DNA from: Octopus sinensis
Taxonomy: Eukaryota
NCBI RefSeq assembly: GCF_006345805.1
Contig: NC_043005.1
Coordinates: 71,548,001 to 71,612,000, forward strand
Length of the DNA: 64,000 bases
Direction of reading: 5' to 3'
The position numbers and the translations under genes were made by a program. Under the pieces are notes generated by a model. It had not been told where the DNA came from and did no database searches. It was given only the letters and a program-made list of their open reading frames with translations. Below are positions 1 through 14,165 of this stretch, piece by piece. Each line of letters opens with the position of its first letter. Within the stretch, counting starts at the first letter, position 1.

Positions 1-1699
1 GAACAACTCAATCTCAAAACAAATGAAGTGAGCTAATAGGCAAATACATAGGAATACGGATAATTTTTTTTTTTTACCTACAAATTCTTGGCAGGCATTG
101 TTCCTGTTAAATTCTTCATCTCCATTCAACTTTTTTTACCACATTAGTATCATTATTAATATTATTACCTCCAGAATAATCTTCACCCCTTGTTGATCCT
201 TCTCTATAACACATTTTTTTTTTTTTCTCTCTCACAATCTTTCTCCATCATCTTTTCTTCTTCGTGATCATGGGTTTTGTACAGCAGACTGTCAACAGGC
301 TTTCGTTCAACACAACACAATTTTACTTCCACTTCAAAGACTGGAGAACAGCAAATAGCGAAATATGAAATTTTATAGAATCTGCCTCATTCTAAGATAT
401 TACCACATGGAATTTTCTTCCTCATTTCTCAGTCGGAAATACTGGAATGGATGTTAATTAAGTGAACAAAAATTTCAACCAACGCTTTTCAATTTTATTT
501 TATTTTTTTTATATCTGTGAGTCTTCATCCTTACTTGAATAACACATTGAAGGATATATATATATAAAAAAAAAATTATACATACATATACCTGTATATA
601 TATATATTTATATATATATGTATATACACACATGCGCGTATACATAAAACAAAAAATAATCAACAGCAAAACGTGAAAACATAACACAAAACAATGCAAG
701 ATATATAAAATACAAATATAAATACATACATTTATTTCTGTGAGTATATATATATATATACACACATATATATACACACACACTTACATAGAGAAATACT
801 CACACACATGCACATACATACACATATACACATGCACACACCACTTCTTACCTTCTAATAGTGCACTGCTGTTTAAGATTTTGTTCTTTTTGTTTGAGAA
901 AAAACAATTCTACAATTACCAGGTAAATTCTTTTTCTACTTCTTCTGCCTCTTCTTGTTCTTGTTCTTGTTCTACTCGTTCTTCTTCCCTTTCTTCCTAT
1001 TACACTCACATGTTAAATTAATTGCCCCATCCCCAGCCACACTCACCCCACCCCCACGCCACCGCCGCCGCCACCCACTCCCCGCCCCCACCCCCCACGC
1101 TTCTCTATCCCACATCAGATCAGTTATGTTCTCTTCTTTATATCCTTATTCTCTATAAACGAAAATCACACACACACCCCTATCACCACCCCCTACCACC
1201 ACGCCGCCGCCACCACCACCACCACCACCGCCACCACCGCCAACACCTCCACCGCCATACTTTTACTTCCCACCATCCCTGCATTCCACACCAAAAATTT
1301 AAAAAAACACACATTGCCACATTCACTACCCCTGCACTCTTCCCTCACCACCACCACCACCGCTACCACCGCCATCATACCACCACAACCAACAACAACA
1401 ACTACACTTCCTGGAATAGAAAAAAAAAAATTAAAAAATAAATAAAGAAATAAAAATTCGTGGGGGGTGTTTCTCGTGTGTATGTGCGTGTGTGTGCAAC
1501 GTTATTCCTACATTTTCTCTCTCCCGTTTTATATGTGTATGTGCGTGCATGTGCGTGTATGTTTGCGTGAGTGTAACACCACAGATATAAACAATACATA
1601 GAAATAGCACACACAACAGCAACAACAACAACAACAACTACAACCACACAAATTTCTTTTATTTTTTTCTTTTATTTTTTTTTTTTTATATATTCTACA

Positions 1700-2080
1700 A
1701 AATACCAACTGAAGAAATAATACCTCGACGAAACTGGATTTATGGTCTAAAAATACCAGAAGACAAGGCGGAGTTCACGAAATTAACAAATAATTATATA
1801 TATATATATATATATGTGTATATATATACATATATATATACCAACAAGGAAAAAAAAATAACAACAAAGAGCAACAACAATGGAAATTAACACGGTGTAT
1901 CTAAAATAATAATAATAAAAATAATAATAATAATATTGCTGATAATAATAATCCACCAAGCATGAATGAAGAGGAAGGAATTTGAATTTCTACCATCATT
2001 TTCTTTGGAATACGATACTTACCAATGAATGTATTCTTCTTATATATATCTTTGATTGACTCAAGACTTGCTTAGTTAAG
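1700..2080 (+). other. Possible non-coding (5' UTR-like) exon ending at a strong donor
   Basis: TTAAG|GTAAGC at 2080/2081, with stops in all three frames upstream. A second donor ACCAG|GTAAAT lies at 922/923. The start coordinate is a guess. Confidence 0.25.
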
Positions 2081-3675
2081 GTAAGCAAATATTTCTAAGA
2101 CATATTATATATATATAATATATATATGTATATATATGTATATATATATGTATATGTTACATAATATTTTGTTGTGTATATGCATTCTATTATATATAAA
2201 AGTAAAAAAAAAATGACATTATGTGTGTATATATATATATATGTCTATATATATATGTGTATATATAAATATAAATATATATGCATATACACAGAGGTAT
2301 ATATATATTATATGTACACACAGAAATATATATATCATATATTTTTCTATGTAATTCTTATATACATGCATGTATATATATATATATTTATATGCATATG
2401 TAAGTATATAATATCACTTTGGATTTTCCTATTCTTGAAATTTTTTTCCTCATACTAATCTTAAAATTTAGGTTTTTACTGATTGTGTTATTGATACCGA
2501 ATTTAAATAATGAAATAATGTGAAATATTTGAAGCATGTGTGTTTAAAAAATTGATATATATAAAAATATATATATATAGATATAGATATATTTATATAT
2601 ATAGTGTGTGAGTGTGATAATACATGTTATAGATTAAATCTTTGACAGTAATTTAGATTTTAATCATAGAATTATACATAGACTGATAAATACATAGAAA
2701 TATATATATAAGGGTGAATCCTTGTTAGCGAGGATGAGTACAAATGTGTATGTTCGTGTATCTGAAAGCACACATTAACATATGTAAGCAAGTGTGTATT
2801 CTGTCAATACCGGTACTTGATGCTTTCAAAGAATAATCATTCTACCTTCAAATACAGACGCACATGAACGGCACACACACGTGTGTGTGAGTGCGTGTAT
2901 GATGTGTGTATGAGCATGTGAGTGTGTGAGTGTGCATACATATATATACTTGCCAACATGATACACATGCACAAACAATTCACACGTACACACATAAGTG
3001 TGCATATACATACATACCTACATATATATATATATAATGTGGGTGTATGTGTGTGTAACTATGTACACATGCATTGAAATGCACACTCGTATATATAGCA
3101 GCCATTTATATAAGTATGTGCTTGTGTGTGGAAGTATTCGTATGTATGTATATATAAATTTGTGTGGTTTACTTCATAAAAATATATATATGTGTATCAA
3201 AGTTTAAAAAATCATTCGTATTTATACACCTGTATATGTACATACCTACATATATACATACTTATATATGTGTGTCTATATATATGTATACTTTCAAGTA
3301 TGTATATATGTTGTACATCCATGACTGAGTATAAACTATACTTTAATGTAATTTACCTACTTTCATTATCAGATGGAAGGGGAAGTTGTGTTAACCCATT
3401 TAATTCATGATTTGGAGACTACCTAGAAACCCCAATCCTATGTACCTAATACACAAACATTCTACAGCACTCATTCACATGCACACGAGCACACACACAC
3501 ACACACATGCGTACACACACATACACACACATATATATATATATATGTATACTTCTCAACTACTCTTCAGCCACATGTTTTATAGAGGACATTAGCTTAT
3601 GCATGTGTCTTCAGGCATTTCATTGATTTGTATCTTCACTTACAAACCAGGCATGCAACTACTTGCATATAATAT

Positions 3676-3737
<62 letters not shown>

Positions 3738-4929
3738 TGTGTGGTGGAAGCCATTTATTGTGATCACTTTGGGGCAAAGCTGCTTTTCGATAACGAGAAC
3801 ACTGATAATATAAAGCAAATAAAGAATTCGGGACCCACTTCTTTGGCAACATTATCCAGGAATATAACAAGTGGTTTCCACTGTGTTCCTACACACACAT
3901 ACACACACATACATATGCATGCATAAACACAGATACATACATACATACATATATATATGTGTGTGTATATACACACATACACACACATATACACATTCAA
4001 GCACCAACAAGCACAACTAAATAAATGTATATATCTGTGGTTATCTAAAAATGGCTGTGTATATATTTGTTGATGCAGGCATCAATGTGTGGCTGGTTAA
4101 GCAGTTTACTTTACATTCATGGAACCGTAGGTTCAATCCCTCAATGGAGCAGCAGAGACAAATGTCTTGTTCCATACCCTCAAGCTGATGCCACCTTGAG
4201 CATAAAATTAAGTAATTAACCAGACACAAATTATGTAGTTAGCTGCCAATTTAATGAACTGCACCTTTTATTCAAAGGGCATTTCTGGTCACACACACTG
4301 TCATGTCATTTCTACTTGAGATTGTTAAGCTGTAGGTATTAGTACCTGTGAAATGCTCTGTCATGTAAACCGTAATTAAATGACTAAGTACCTAACTTGG
4401 TCAAACAACTGGTTTATGCATCATAACCAGCAGAGATCCATTTCTACATACATGTATGCATGTTTACACGATTGTGCACTTAGGTTTGCGATAACCACTT
4501 AGATTGATGGCTGTATGTATTGATGTGTATAAATATGTGCATATATATGCAACATGCAGCTATAAACATGAGTGCATGGACGTGTATGTGAGTGTGTCTT
4601 CCTTTATATATGTGTGTTTGTGAGTGTGTGTAGAGACAATATGTAGATATTAACAATCTATACATCTAGCTTTCTATCTGTTTACCTATCTATTAATGCT
4701 GAAACATTATGCTGAAACATACATGTGTGCAGATGCACACACACTTACATATATATATACTCATATATAATACACATGCACACACTACACACATATATAT
4801 GCATGTCAATATATGAATATATAGATATATGTGCATAAAATGCATACGTAACATATAAGTAAATGATACATGATATATATATACAAACACACATACATAA
4901 GTTACATTTATACAGTCATACATATAGTC

Positions 4930-4969
<40 letters not shown>

Positions 4970-4983
4970 TATATATGTGTGTG

Positions 4984-5067
<84 letters not shown>

Positions 5068-5124
5068 TTATATATATATTATATTATATCATAATAATAC
5101 TAAATTATATTATATATATTATAT

Positions 5125-5190
<66 letters not shown>
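4930..5190. repeat. Long (TA)n array
   Basis: Direct inspection. One of dozens of TA/CA arrays in the window. Confidence 0.95.
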
Positions 5191-5194
<4 letters not shown>

Positions 5195-5748
5195 ATATTA
5201 ATATACATGCAAAGCTGTGGAATTTTAATTATTTTTAACACCTGCTTTGACAATTTCTTCTATAGAGTCTGAAATATTTTCTCCTTATCTTTCAAATATG
5301 GATGATTTTGTAACATTGCCGCTTTGTAATAGAGACATGTACCATTTGATTCCACCAAATTCTTTTATCTGGATTTAAATAAATAAATAAATAAATAAAT
5401 AAATCCACTGAAATACATTCAAAGGATCTGCATCATTTTAGAAACTCTCTGTTCTTCTTTCTTTCTATCATTTTCTTCCAATTCACTTCTCCTTCTTCAT
5501 CGTCTTCTTCTTCTTCTTCTTCTTCTTCTTCTTCTTCTTCTTCTTCTTCTTCTTCTTCTTCTCTTTTTCTTCTCTTCTTCTTCTTCTTCTTCTTCTTCTT
5601 CTTCTTCTTCTTCTTCTTCTTCCTCTTCTCCTTCTTTTCCATCACCCTTCTCTCTCTATCTCTCTCTGTCTCTGTCTCTCTCTTCTCTTTCTTTTTATTT
5701 ATTTAGGTTCCATTATTTTTTTCGTGCTTCTCCAAAAATGATAATAAC

Positions 5749-5802
<54 letters not shown>

Positions 5803-6298
5803 TCATCAAATCTTGTGTTCTTTTTTTCTTCATTTTTTTATTTTATTTCTTCCACTTCATCTATTTTTTCTCTCTCTCCTTGAATTTTTTCTTCATTTTG
5901 TATTTCTCACTTTTATATTCCTTTCTTCTTTCCTCTTCCTCCTCCTCCTCTTTCATTTCTTCTCCCTCCTCCTCCTCTCCCTCCTCCACTTTTTCCTTCT
6001 CCACCATTTCCTTCCTATTTGTTCCTTCAAATCAAAATTTCTTCTGTGTTCCTTTCTACGATTCACATTCTAGCTTCTTTTATTATTACTTCTACAGACG
6101 TTGTTGCTGTTGTTGTTGTTCATGTTATTGATGTTGATGCTGTTGTTGTTGTTGTTGTTATTGATGTCGTTGTTGATGCTGTTACCATTGTCATTATTTA
6201 ATAATATATTTCTTTAATATTCCCCTGATCCCTTTATAATCTTATATGTAAAGCTTGTATATGTATATATGTGTATATGTATATGTATATATATATGA

Positions 6299-6344
<46 letters not shown>

Positions 6345-6460
6345 TATATATATATGTATGTATGTATATGTATATATATATATATATATATGAATGTATA
6401 TGTATGTATGTATTTATTTGTGTTTGTATTCATGTGTATATGTGTGTATGTATATATTTC

Positions 6461-6540
<80 letters not shown>

Positions 6541-8180
6541 CATGCATATATATGTGTGCGTGTGTGTGTGAATGTATGTATGAATGCATGAATATATGTA
6601 TGTATCTTCATATGTAAATGCATTTGTAAATGTGTGTATATAGATGTAACCGCATGTGGGGGCTACCTTTATTACATGAATATTTGTATGCATCTATGTA
6701 TGTGTGTATGAAAGTACGTACTAGTGTGTGAATGTATGTTGCTGCATGTTTTTTTATTAAACATACATCTGTAGCTCTCTCTACGAACGGATGATCTCAC
6801 AAACATGTACTTCCAATATTTGATCATAGCTGCACGCAAGAGTAGCATACCTAAGTGTAAATGTGCAGCTTCCTGTGTTCTCATGTATGTGTTTGGTATA
6901 TATATTTATAAGTGTGATCTGCGTGCATGCACCATACTAAATTTTGATGTAGAATCAGTGCGTGCACGTAATCACTTGCCCATGTAAATATGTGTGTGTG
7001 TTTGTGTGTTTCTGTGTGTGAGTGTTACGGGTATGCTTAGACATGCAGACATAGATGTATACATTACACATATGCCTACAGATATACGCATACACAAATA
7101 TGCATATGTTTGACTATGCACATACATACATATGCGAGTTGATATTGAAGAACATGCTCGTATGCATGCATATTTATATAGTCACATACACATAGACACA
7201 CACACATATATAAATACATATATATACTCATATAACATGTAAGCATATATACATGCATAATTGCACACATGCATACATTCACATGCACATACACACATAT
7301 GCTCATACATACAAATAAGCAAGCATACACATAGAAACACATACACACACACATATATAATACCTACATATATATAGATAGATAGATATATACACACACA
7401 CACACATACATATACACATATATGTATATACATGCTTAGATTCACGTACACGCATACATACAAGCATCTTGTGCACAAATGCACTCACACACACTTACAC
7501 ACTTGCATACACGTATGCTTGTACACATAAACACCGGTTCGCTTGTCCTTTCCCTCAGATCATTCCATTTATTTGAAGTGATTTTAACACACTCTAATTC
7601 CTCACCCCTTCTTCCCCTACATACTTTTCCATTCCCTCCCTCATCCTCTTCTCTCTCATGCACACATCTTTACCCTATTTTTCTCTATTCCTGACATTTC
7701 TTCTCTCCTCTCCATTCCATTGTATGTATCGATAATCCTCATGCTTTTTTCTTACACAATCACTCCCTGCTCTTTCATTCCACCCTCTCCTTGCTTTTGT
7801 CCTGAGTCTCTCTGTCAGTCTTGTTTTTTTCCTTTTCCTTTTCATTCTTCCTCTTTTACAGAAATATCTCTTTCTCTCTTCTTCTCTTTCTCTCTTCTTC
7901 TCTTCCTCCCTCTCAATAATTTATTTAAATCCATTCTCACCATTCTTATTCTATCTCAGATCCTCACAACTCTGACTTTTCTCTCCTTCCCATATCTTTT
8001 CTGACTCTCACTTATGTTACTCTCCCATTCTATCCCTTCACTTACTCTCCACTTACTCTCTTTTCTCTTTCTCCTTTCAGTTCACATTCTCTCTCTTTGC
8101 ATCTCAACCTTGCTCTCTCATTCTATCACCTAGTCAATTATTCACTCTTTCTGTCACTCAGTCTCTCTCTCACCCCTCTG

Positions 8181-8211
<31 letters not shown>

Positions 8212-8464
8212 TCCTCTCTGTTATCCAAATTCCTGATTATTTCTGCTAAAGGACAATTCTAAAGCCAGTTACATTCTCAAATATTCTTATTCAAATATTA
8301 ATCCGTACTTGATGAATGTCAACAAAAGTATAAATAAATAAATTGACTTTCCTTCCAATATTTCACCACCAGATACCCTGTTCAGCACATTCGGTCAAAC
8401 AACACCATCAAACACCATTCTCTCTTTTATTAACTCAACGCTCTAACAATTCTAAAGTTTATTA

Positions 8465-8785
8465 CATTCATCATCATCAACATCATCATCATCATAAACA
8501 TCATCATCATTGCCCTCATCTCTATCATCATTGCCATCATCATCATCATCCTTATCCTCCTCCTCAACATCCTCATCATTATCATCATTATCAGCATCAT
8601 TGTTATTATTATCTTCATCAACATCATCATAATCATCATCTCCATCATCATTGCCATCATCATCATCATCTTCATCCTCCTCCTACTACTCCTCCTCCTC
8701 CTCATCATCATCATCATGATCTTTATCATCAGCATCATCATCATTGTCATCCTCATCATCATCACCACCATCATTTATACCATCA
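8465..8785. repeat. Imperfect (CAT)n array
   Basis: Direct inspection. It is the source of the poly-His ORF 8343-8825. Confidence 0.9.
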
Positions 8786-11455
8786 TCGTTTAGCATACAT
8801 TTTTTTTTATGCTGGCATGGGTTGAACAGCTTGCCAGGATCTGTTAAGGTGCTGGGCTGCTTTGAGCCCCAGTGTCAGCTTTGGCATGGTTTTCACAGCT
8901 GCATACCCTTCCTAATACCAACATCTTTACAGAGAATACAATATGCCACTTTTTTTTTGTATTACCAGCACTAGTGAGGTCACCAAATAAGTGTGAGGTC
9001 ACTCAAATATCTCTCTGTACACAATATAAAACAAAACAGAAACAGATGTAATGAATTTTGCTTCAGATATTCAATGTCAAACACACTGTCCAACAAACAC
9101 ATTCTGTCAAACACCACCATCAGTCATAACTGTCAAACATCTTTTATTAACCCAACACTCTGTGCTAAATAGGTAAGTCAGTTTCTCCCTAACAGTATTC
9201 ATCATACCAGCTTAAACTAGGAAGGGTTATTTGATAATATGGTCTTAGGAATGGTGATCATAAACGGAACATCTTTGATCATTGATCTGCTAAATTTGAA
9301 CTAACTTTGGCTAAACAACAACAGCAACAACATTTTCTCTGAATCAAATTTTTCATTAACCTTTTGCTAACTATGTTTCCATTGAAATATGTTGCTTTTT
9401 TCCATTTCAATTAATTTTGAATATAATGAAGAATTTAGTAAAATAACTTCATTATAATTAAAGTGGCAGTAGTCAATCACGTAAGTACCAGTTGAATACT
9501 AGGGTCAATTTAATCAACTAATCTCCTCCCTTTAAAATTGCTGGCCTTGTGCCAAAATTTCAAACCATTATTATTAAGATGGTGTTTGAAACATTAATTA
9601 ATGTAAGCTATTTAGGAAAGATTGCAATTTAGGTCATTTTAAAACAAGAAATTTGTACTATTGATCCAGATCTCAGGCAGATTGGTATCAGAACGATTAA
9701 CAAATTCCAGCACACACTTCTCCTTTCTGTTAAATATTATATGGGTCAAACAAGTTTCAGACATAATGTTTCCATCAAGCAACATCTAATTCAAACACTT
9801 TTCCATAAAACACTTTTTCTTTTTTGCTAAATACTGGCATAAAACATCCTTCTATCTATCAAACATTTTCATTAAACATCAAAGGAATCCTCAACATGTT
9901 TATTCAATTGGTTAGAAAAATCACCCAATTCTCACTCAAATTTCACCTTACTGTCTTGAAAAGCAATAACATGTTAGATATATTAATAGTTATCGCCAAG
10001 CTAATATGGCAGTCCAGAAATATAGGACGAATGCTGCCGTTGAATACTGCTGAATGTTACCGTCCTATATTTCTGGACTGACAAGTTAGCTTGGCGATAA
10101 CAATTAATATCCAGTACCGCTGCCGTAATCTCCTTTAGAGAGACTTAGAAATTTCAATATTTCTATGTTAGATATAATTTAGACTAAATAGACTTAGTCT
10201 GAGTAAAAAATATAACCTTACACTTACAGTTGGAATATATTTTAAAAAAGATTATCATCATCATCATTTAACGTCCATTGTCCATGTTGGTATGGGTAGG
10301 ATGGTTTGACCAGAGCTGGTAAGATGAAGGACTGCATCAGACTCTAGTCTGATTTGGTATGGTTTCTATGGCTGGATGCTCTTCCTAATTCCAACCACTC
10401 CGTGGGTGCTTTTATGTGCCACCAGCACAGGTACCAGTTGTATGACACCAGTATCTGCTACTATTACAGTTTCATCTATTTGATAAGAGCTAAACTGAGT
10501 TTAAACAACCACAAACTCTCTGGCTTAAATTCCTTCTCACAGAATCGCAGCATCTTCCAGCATGGCTTGGAATTAATTCTGGTAAATTCCTCGGGAAGTA
10601 TATTAATTCATTACAAGTAATTTCTCTGCAAGAAGAGGTGAGATGAGTTCTGTATAACAACAAAACTTCTTTGGAATTTCATCCTGCTGCTGCATAGGAT
10701 ATTACATACTAGACATCTGGAAATTAAAAGTTGAGTGTTCTGGGCCAAAATGCTGCTGAGTGATTAAGAACTATTGAATCCTTGGTTTACTGGAAGCTTA
10801 TTCTCCTACCAACATAATTTTCACTTCCTTAAAAACTTTATTGAATTATCTGGAAGAAAAAATTCACAAAATATGATACTTCTTCTCTATCAAACAGCTA
10901 AAAAAAACATTCAATAAACACCCTTTAAACAACTTCATTCAAAAAATGTCATACAGCTTCATCAAACATGATTTGTCAACAAAAATTTTATCAGACATCA
11001 GTCAAACACTTCAATGAAAAATCTCTTCAACAAGCATCTCCCTTCAAACAATAATTCAAATCCATCAAATACATTTACTTCAGTAATTTCATGAAACATT
11101 TTCTCTACCATTCAAACACTCAAGTAGGAACTCTCTTCATCAAACAGCTCCATCAAACACCTTTACATCAATAACAATTTGACCAAACATCGTTGACAAA
11201 TGTTCCAATAGAAATTCTTCTCATCAAACAATTTTTCTCAAACAATGTTTTTATCAAACATCATCTACGAAGCATTTCCATCAGCCATTAGTCAGTCACC
11301 ATTTCCATCAAGCAATTTCAAACAAGTTAATCAGGAAGCTTTTACATGATCTACTATTTGATCTATAAGAAGTAGTAGCAAAATTCCCCACAAATCATAA
11401 TCTTATACAAAGGATACATAACTCTTTACTCTGAAAGAAGCCCATCATATATATA

Positions 11456-11506
<51 letters not shown>

Positions 11507-12184
11507 GTGTGTGTATATGTTTGTGTGTCTTTATTTGTCCCCCAACATCACTTGACGACCGATGCTGGTGTGTTTATGTCCCCGTAACTTAGTGGTTTGG
11601 CAAAAGAGACCGATAGAATAAGTACTAGGCTTACAAAGAATAAGTCCTGGGGTCGATTTGCTCGACTAAAGGTGGTGCTCCGGCATGGCCACAGTCAAAT
11701 GACTGAATCAAGTAAAGAGAGTGTTGGTTGGTCAACCTGCTACAAATAACAGCCAAATCTTCCTCAAATTATACTTTAGTTTGTTTAAAATAGAAGGCCA
11801 TTTTAGATAATCTAGTGTTAGAAATAATATTTGAAAAGTAGATGCTTTTGATCACAGGTTTGATCAATCAAAGATCTCTTGGGAGTAAACTACAACATTT
11901 TCTCTATCAAACACAACATCTTCCAAATAAATTTCTTATCAGACACTGTATTCATCAAAACTTTCACCTTGCAGTACTTCCATCATTTGGAATATCTATC
12001 AAATAGCATCAGATAATTGTCAAACACTGATATTTATCAAATAGTCACTGCATCCGATATCTCCCAACAACTTCTCTTCCAGGTGACTATCTCCAAACAC
12101 ACCCCTGTCAAATATCGCATTAATCATTGTTGTCATTTTCATTATAAACCCTCACAATCAAGTACCCTTTTTAAAAGTCACGAT

Positions 12185-12187
<3 letters not shown>

Positions 12188-12241
<54 letters not shown>

Positions 12242-12563
12242 CATTGTGTACAGTGCTCAGGTGCACTACAACTCATCGAAAGTGTATATATAATCAGGTG
12301 CAGTTTCGACGGATTTCGGAAAGCATGAGGGCCTTAAAGGATGCAGTGTCATGGCAGTCAACAACTGACGCAGGCAGTTTATTCCATGCTTCAGCAACTC
12401 TGAGTGTGAAGAAATGTTTCCGAAAGTCATGGGAGCTGTGTTGTTTTCTGACTTTGTAGGCATGTCCACGTGTGTTAGACACATGGAGATCAAAAAGGTG
12501 TTCAGTGTTGTTATTGGTGAGGTGGTTGACAACTTTGTGGGCGTTTACCAAGTCCGTCGCCAT
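12188..12563 (-). mobile_element. CR1/L2-clade LINE 3' fragment (ORF2 C-terminus plus (TAT)n tail)
   Basis: Minus ORF ...HLFDLHVSNTRGHAYKVRKQHSSHDFRKHFFTLRVAEAWNKLPASVVDC... has the TRGH-x-K...R-x-FF-x-RV-x-x-WN-x-LP-x-x-VV signature of CR1/L2 ORF2. There are no stops over about 90 codons. ATATTAA flanks both ends (possible TSD). Confidence 0.85.
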
Positions 12564-12729
12564 ATTAAAACATTCTGTCAAATAGCTTTTCTATTAAAAA
12601 CCTCATCCACTATATGCATTTTTCTTACAAAAGACAATATTCATCATAGTACTTTGTACTCTTGATCAGAGGTTAGCTCAATGAGAATTGACCTGGATCT
12701 AAATGATAGCAATATTAACTATCTTAAAA

Positions 12730-13167
12730 AGGCGGCAAACTGGCAGAAACCTTAACATGCAGGGCAAAATGCTTAGCGATATTTCGTTTGTCTATACATT
12801 CTGAGGTCAAATTCCACTGAGGTCGACTTTGCTTTTCATCCTTTTTGGAATCGATAAATTAGATACCAGTTGCGTACTGGAGTCAATCTAATCGACTGGT
12901 CCCCTCCCCAAAACTTTCAGGCCTTGTGCTTAGAGTAGAAAAGAATTTCTTCTCTTTCAAAGCAGCGAGCTGGCTGAAACCTCAGCATGCTGGACGAAAT
13001 GCTTAGTGATATTTCGTGTCTTTACATTCTGAGCTCAAATTCCACTGAGTCAACTTTGCTTTCCGTCCTTTTCGGAGTCGATAAATTAGGTACCAGTTGC
13101 GTACTGGAGTCGATTTAATCAACTGGCCCCTCCCTTCCCCCAAAATTTCGGGCCTTGAGTAGAAAAT
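12730..13167 (+). mobile_element. Head-to-tail dimer of SINE family B (Nin/Deu-like domain) with a single 19-bp TSD
   Basis: Two GGCGGC/GCAGCGAGCTGG...GAGGTCGACTTTGC(T/C)TTTCATCCTTT..GTCGATAAATTAGGTACCAG-type units. AATATTAACTATCTTAAAA occurs at 12711-12729 and 13168-13186. Confidence 0.85.
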
Positions 13168-13425
13168 AATATTAACTATCTTAAAATGAACATAAACATG
13201 TGTTAGAAACAACAAACTAGTCAACTAGCAGAAACTACACTAACTTTCACCACCAACAAATCAGTGTTAATGTGACCATATGGTTAAAAAGCTTGCTTTC
13301 CAACCATGTGGTTTTAGGTTCAGTCTAACTGCATGGCACCTTGAGAAAGTGTCTTTTTACTACAGCCCTAGGCTGAACAAAGTTTTGAGAGTGGATTTGG
13401 TAGTTGGAAACTTAAAGAATCCTGT

Positions 13426-13456
<31 letters not shown>

Positions 13457-14014
13457 ACCTTTGTCTAAACATCATGTGATGGTTGTGAATGAGCATCATC
13501 ATCATCATACAAGCAATGCTGTATGACACATGAAGCATGTCTAGTGTCAGGAAAGTATTGCCTTGCTTGGAAACAAGTGAAGGTTAGTGACAGGAAGAAC
13601 ATCCAGTTGTAGAAAATCTGCCTTGACATATTCCGTCTGACCCATGCAAGCATAGAATAGTAGATATTAAAGATCATGATGATGATGATGATGATGATGA
13701 TATTAGGAACAGGAAACTACTCAGCTGCCATAAATGACACAAGCTTTTACTACCATAGCTAGTGTTTCTGCAGTCACTGCCACTGCCAAAACCACAGCAC
13801 TTTTCATTCATGCAAAATGATATTGATTAAAACACTTTCACTTCTCTTCTTGATGGAACACCACAACATCCATATCAGTTCTCCAAATGTGTAATTGTGC
13901 ATTTACTAAGATAATGAAATCTCCCCGCCCGCCCGCACCCGCCCCCCCCCCTTTTTTTTTTTATTAACTCAAAGACATTGTACAAGAGTTTAATCTAACT
14001 TCAAGCTTGTGAGT

Positions 14015-14165
14015 AAAACTTGACCTTTAAAATTTGATCTAATGCAATTTCCAACATAAATTATTATGAACTCAGATCAGTGTTAAAACTGACCTTTCAG
14101 CAACCAGAAAGAGTGCGTCTTTATTTGTTTGTCCAATGGGAGTTGACCTTTTTTGGTCAACTCTG
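14015..14165. promoter_or_regulatory. Candidate enhancer: three TGACCTTT (AAAGGTCA, NBRE-type) nuclear-receptor sites plus a palindrome
   Basis: TGACCTTT at 14021, 14090 and 14144. GAGTTGACC-TTTTTT-GGTCAACTC at 14140-14163. CCAAT at 14133. Confidence 0.35.

Noticed and set aside
1708-1760. CTGAAGA...GAAA...GTC hammerhead-like spacing
   Set aside because: Stem III and GUC are possible, but neither stem II nor stem I can pair.
475-7694. Numerous ORFs rich in Y/I/C/V/H/T
   Set aside because: They are translations of (TA)n, (CA)n and (TG)n microsatellites, which lack stops in several frames. The same applies to similar ORFs throughout the window.
8343-8825. 160-aa poly-His ORF
   Set aside because: It is the product of an imperfect (CAT)n array, with no splice or domain support.
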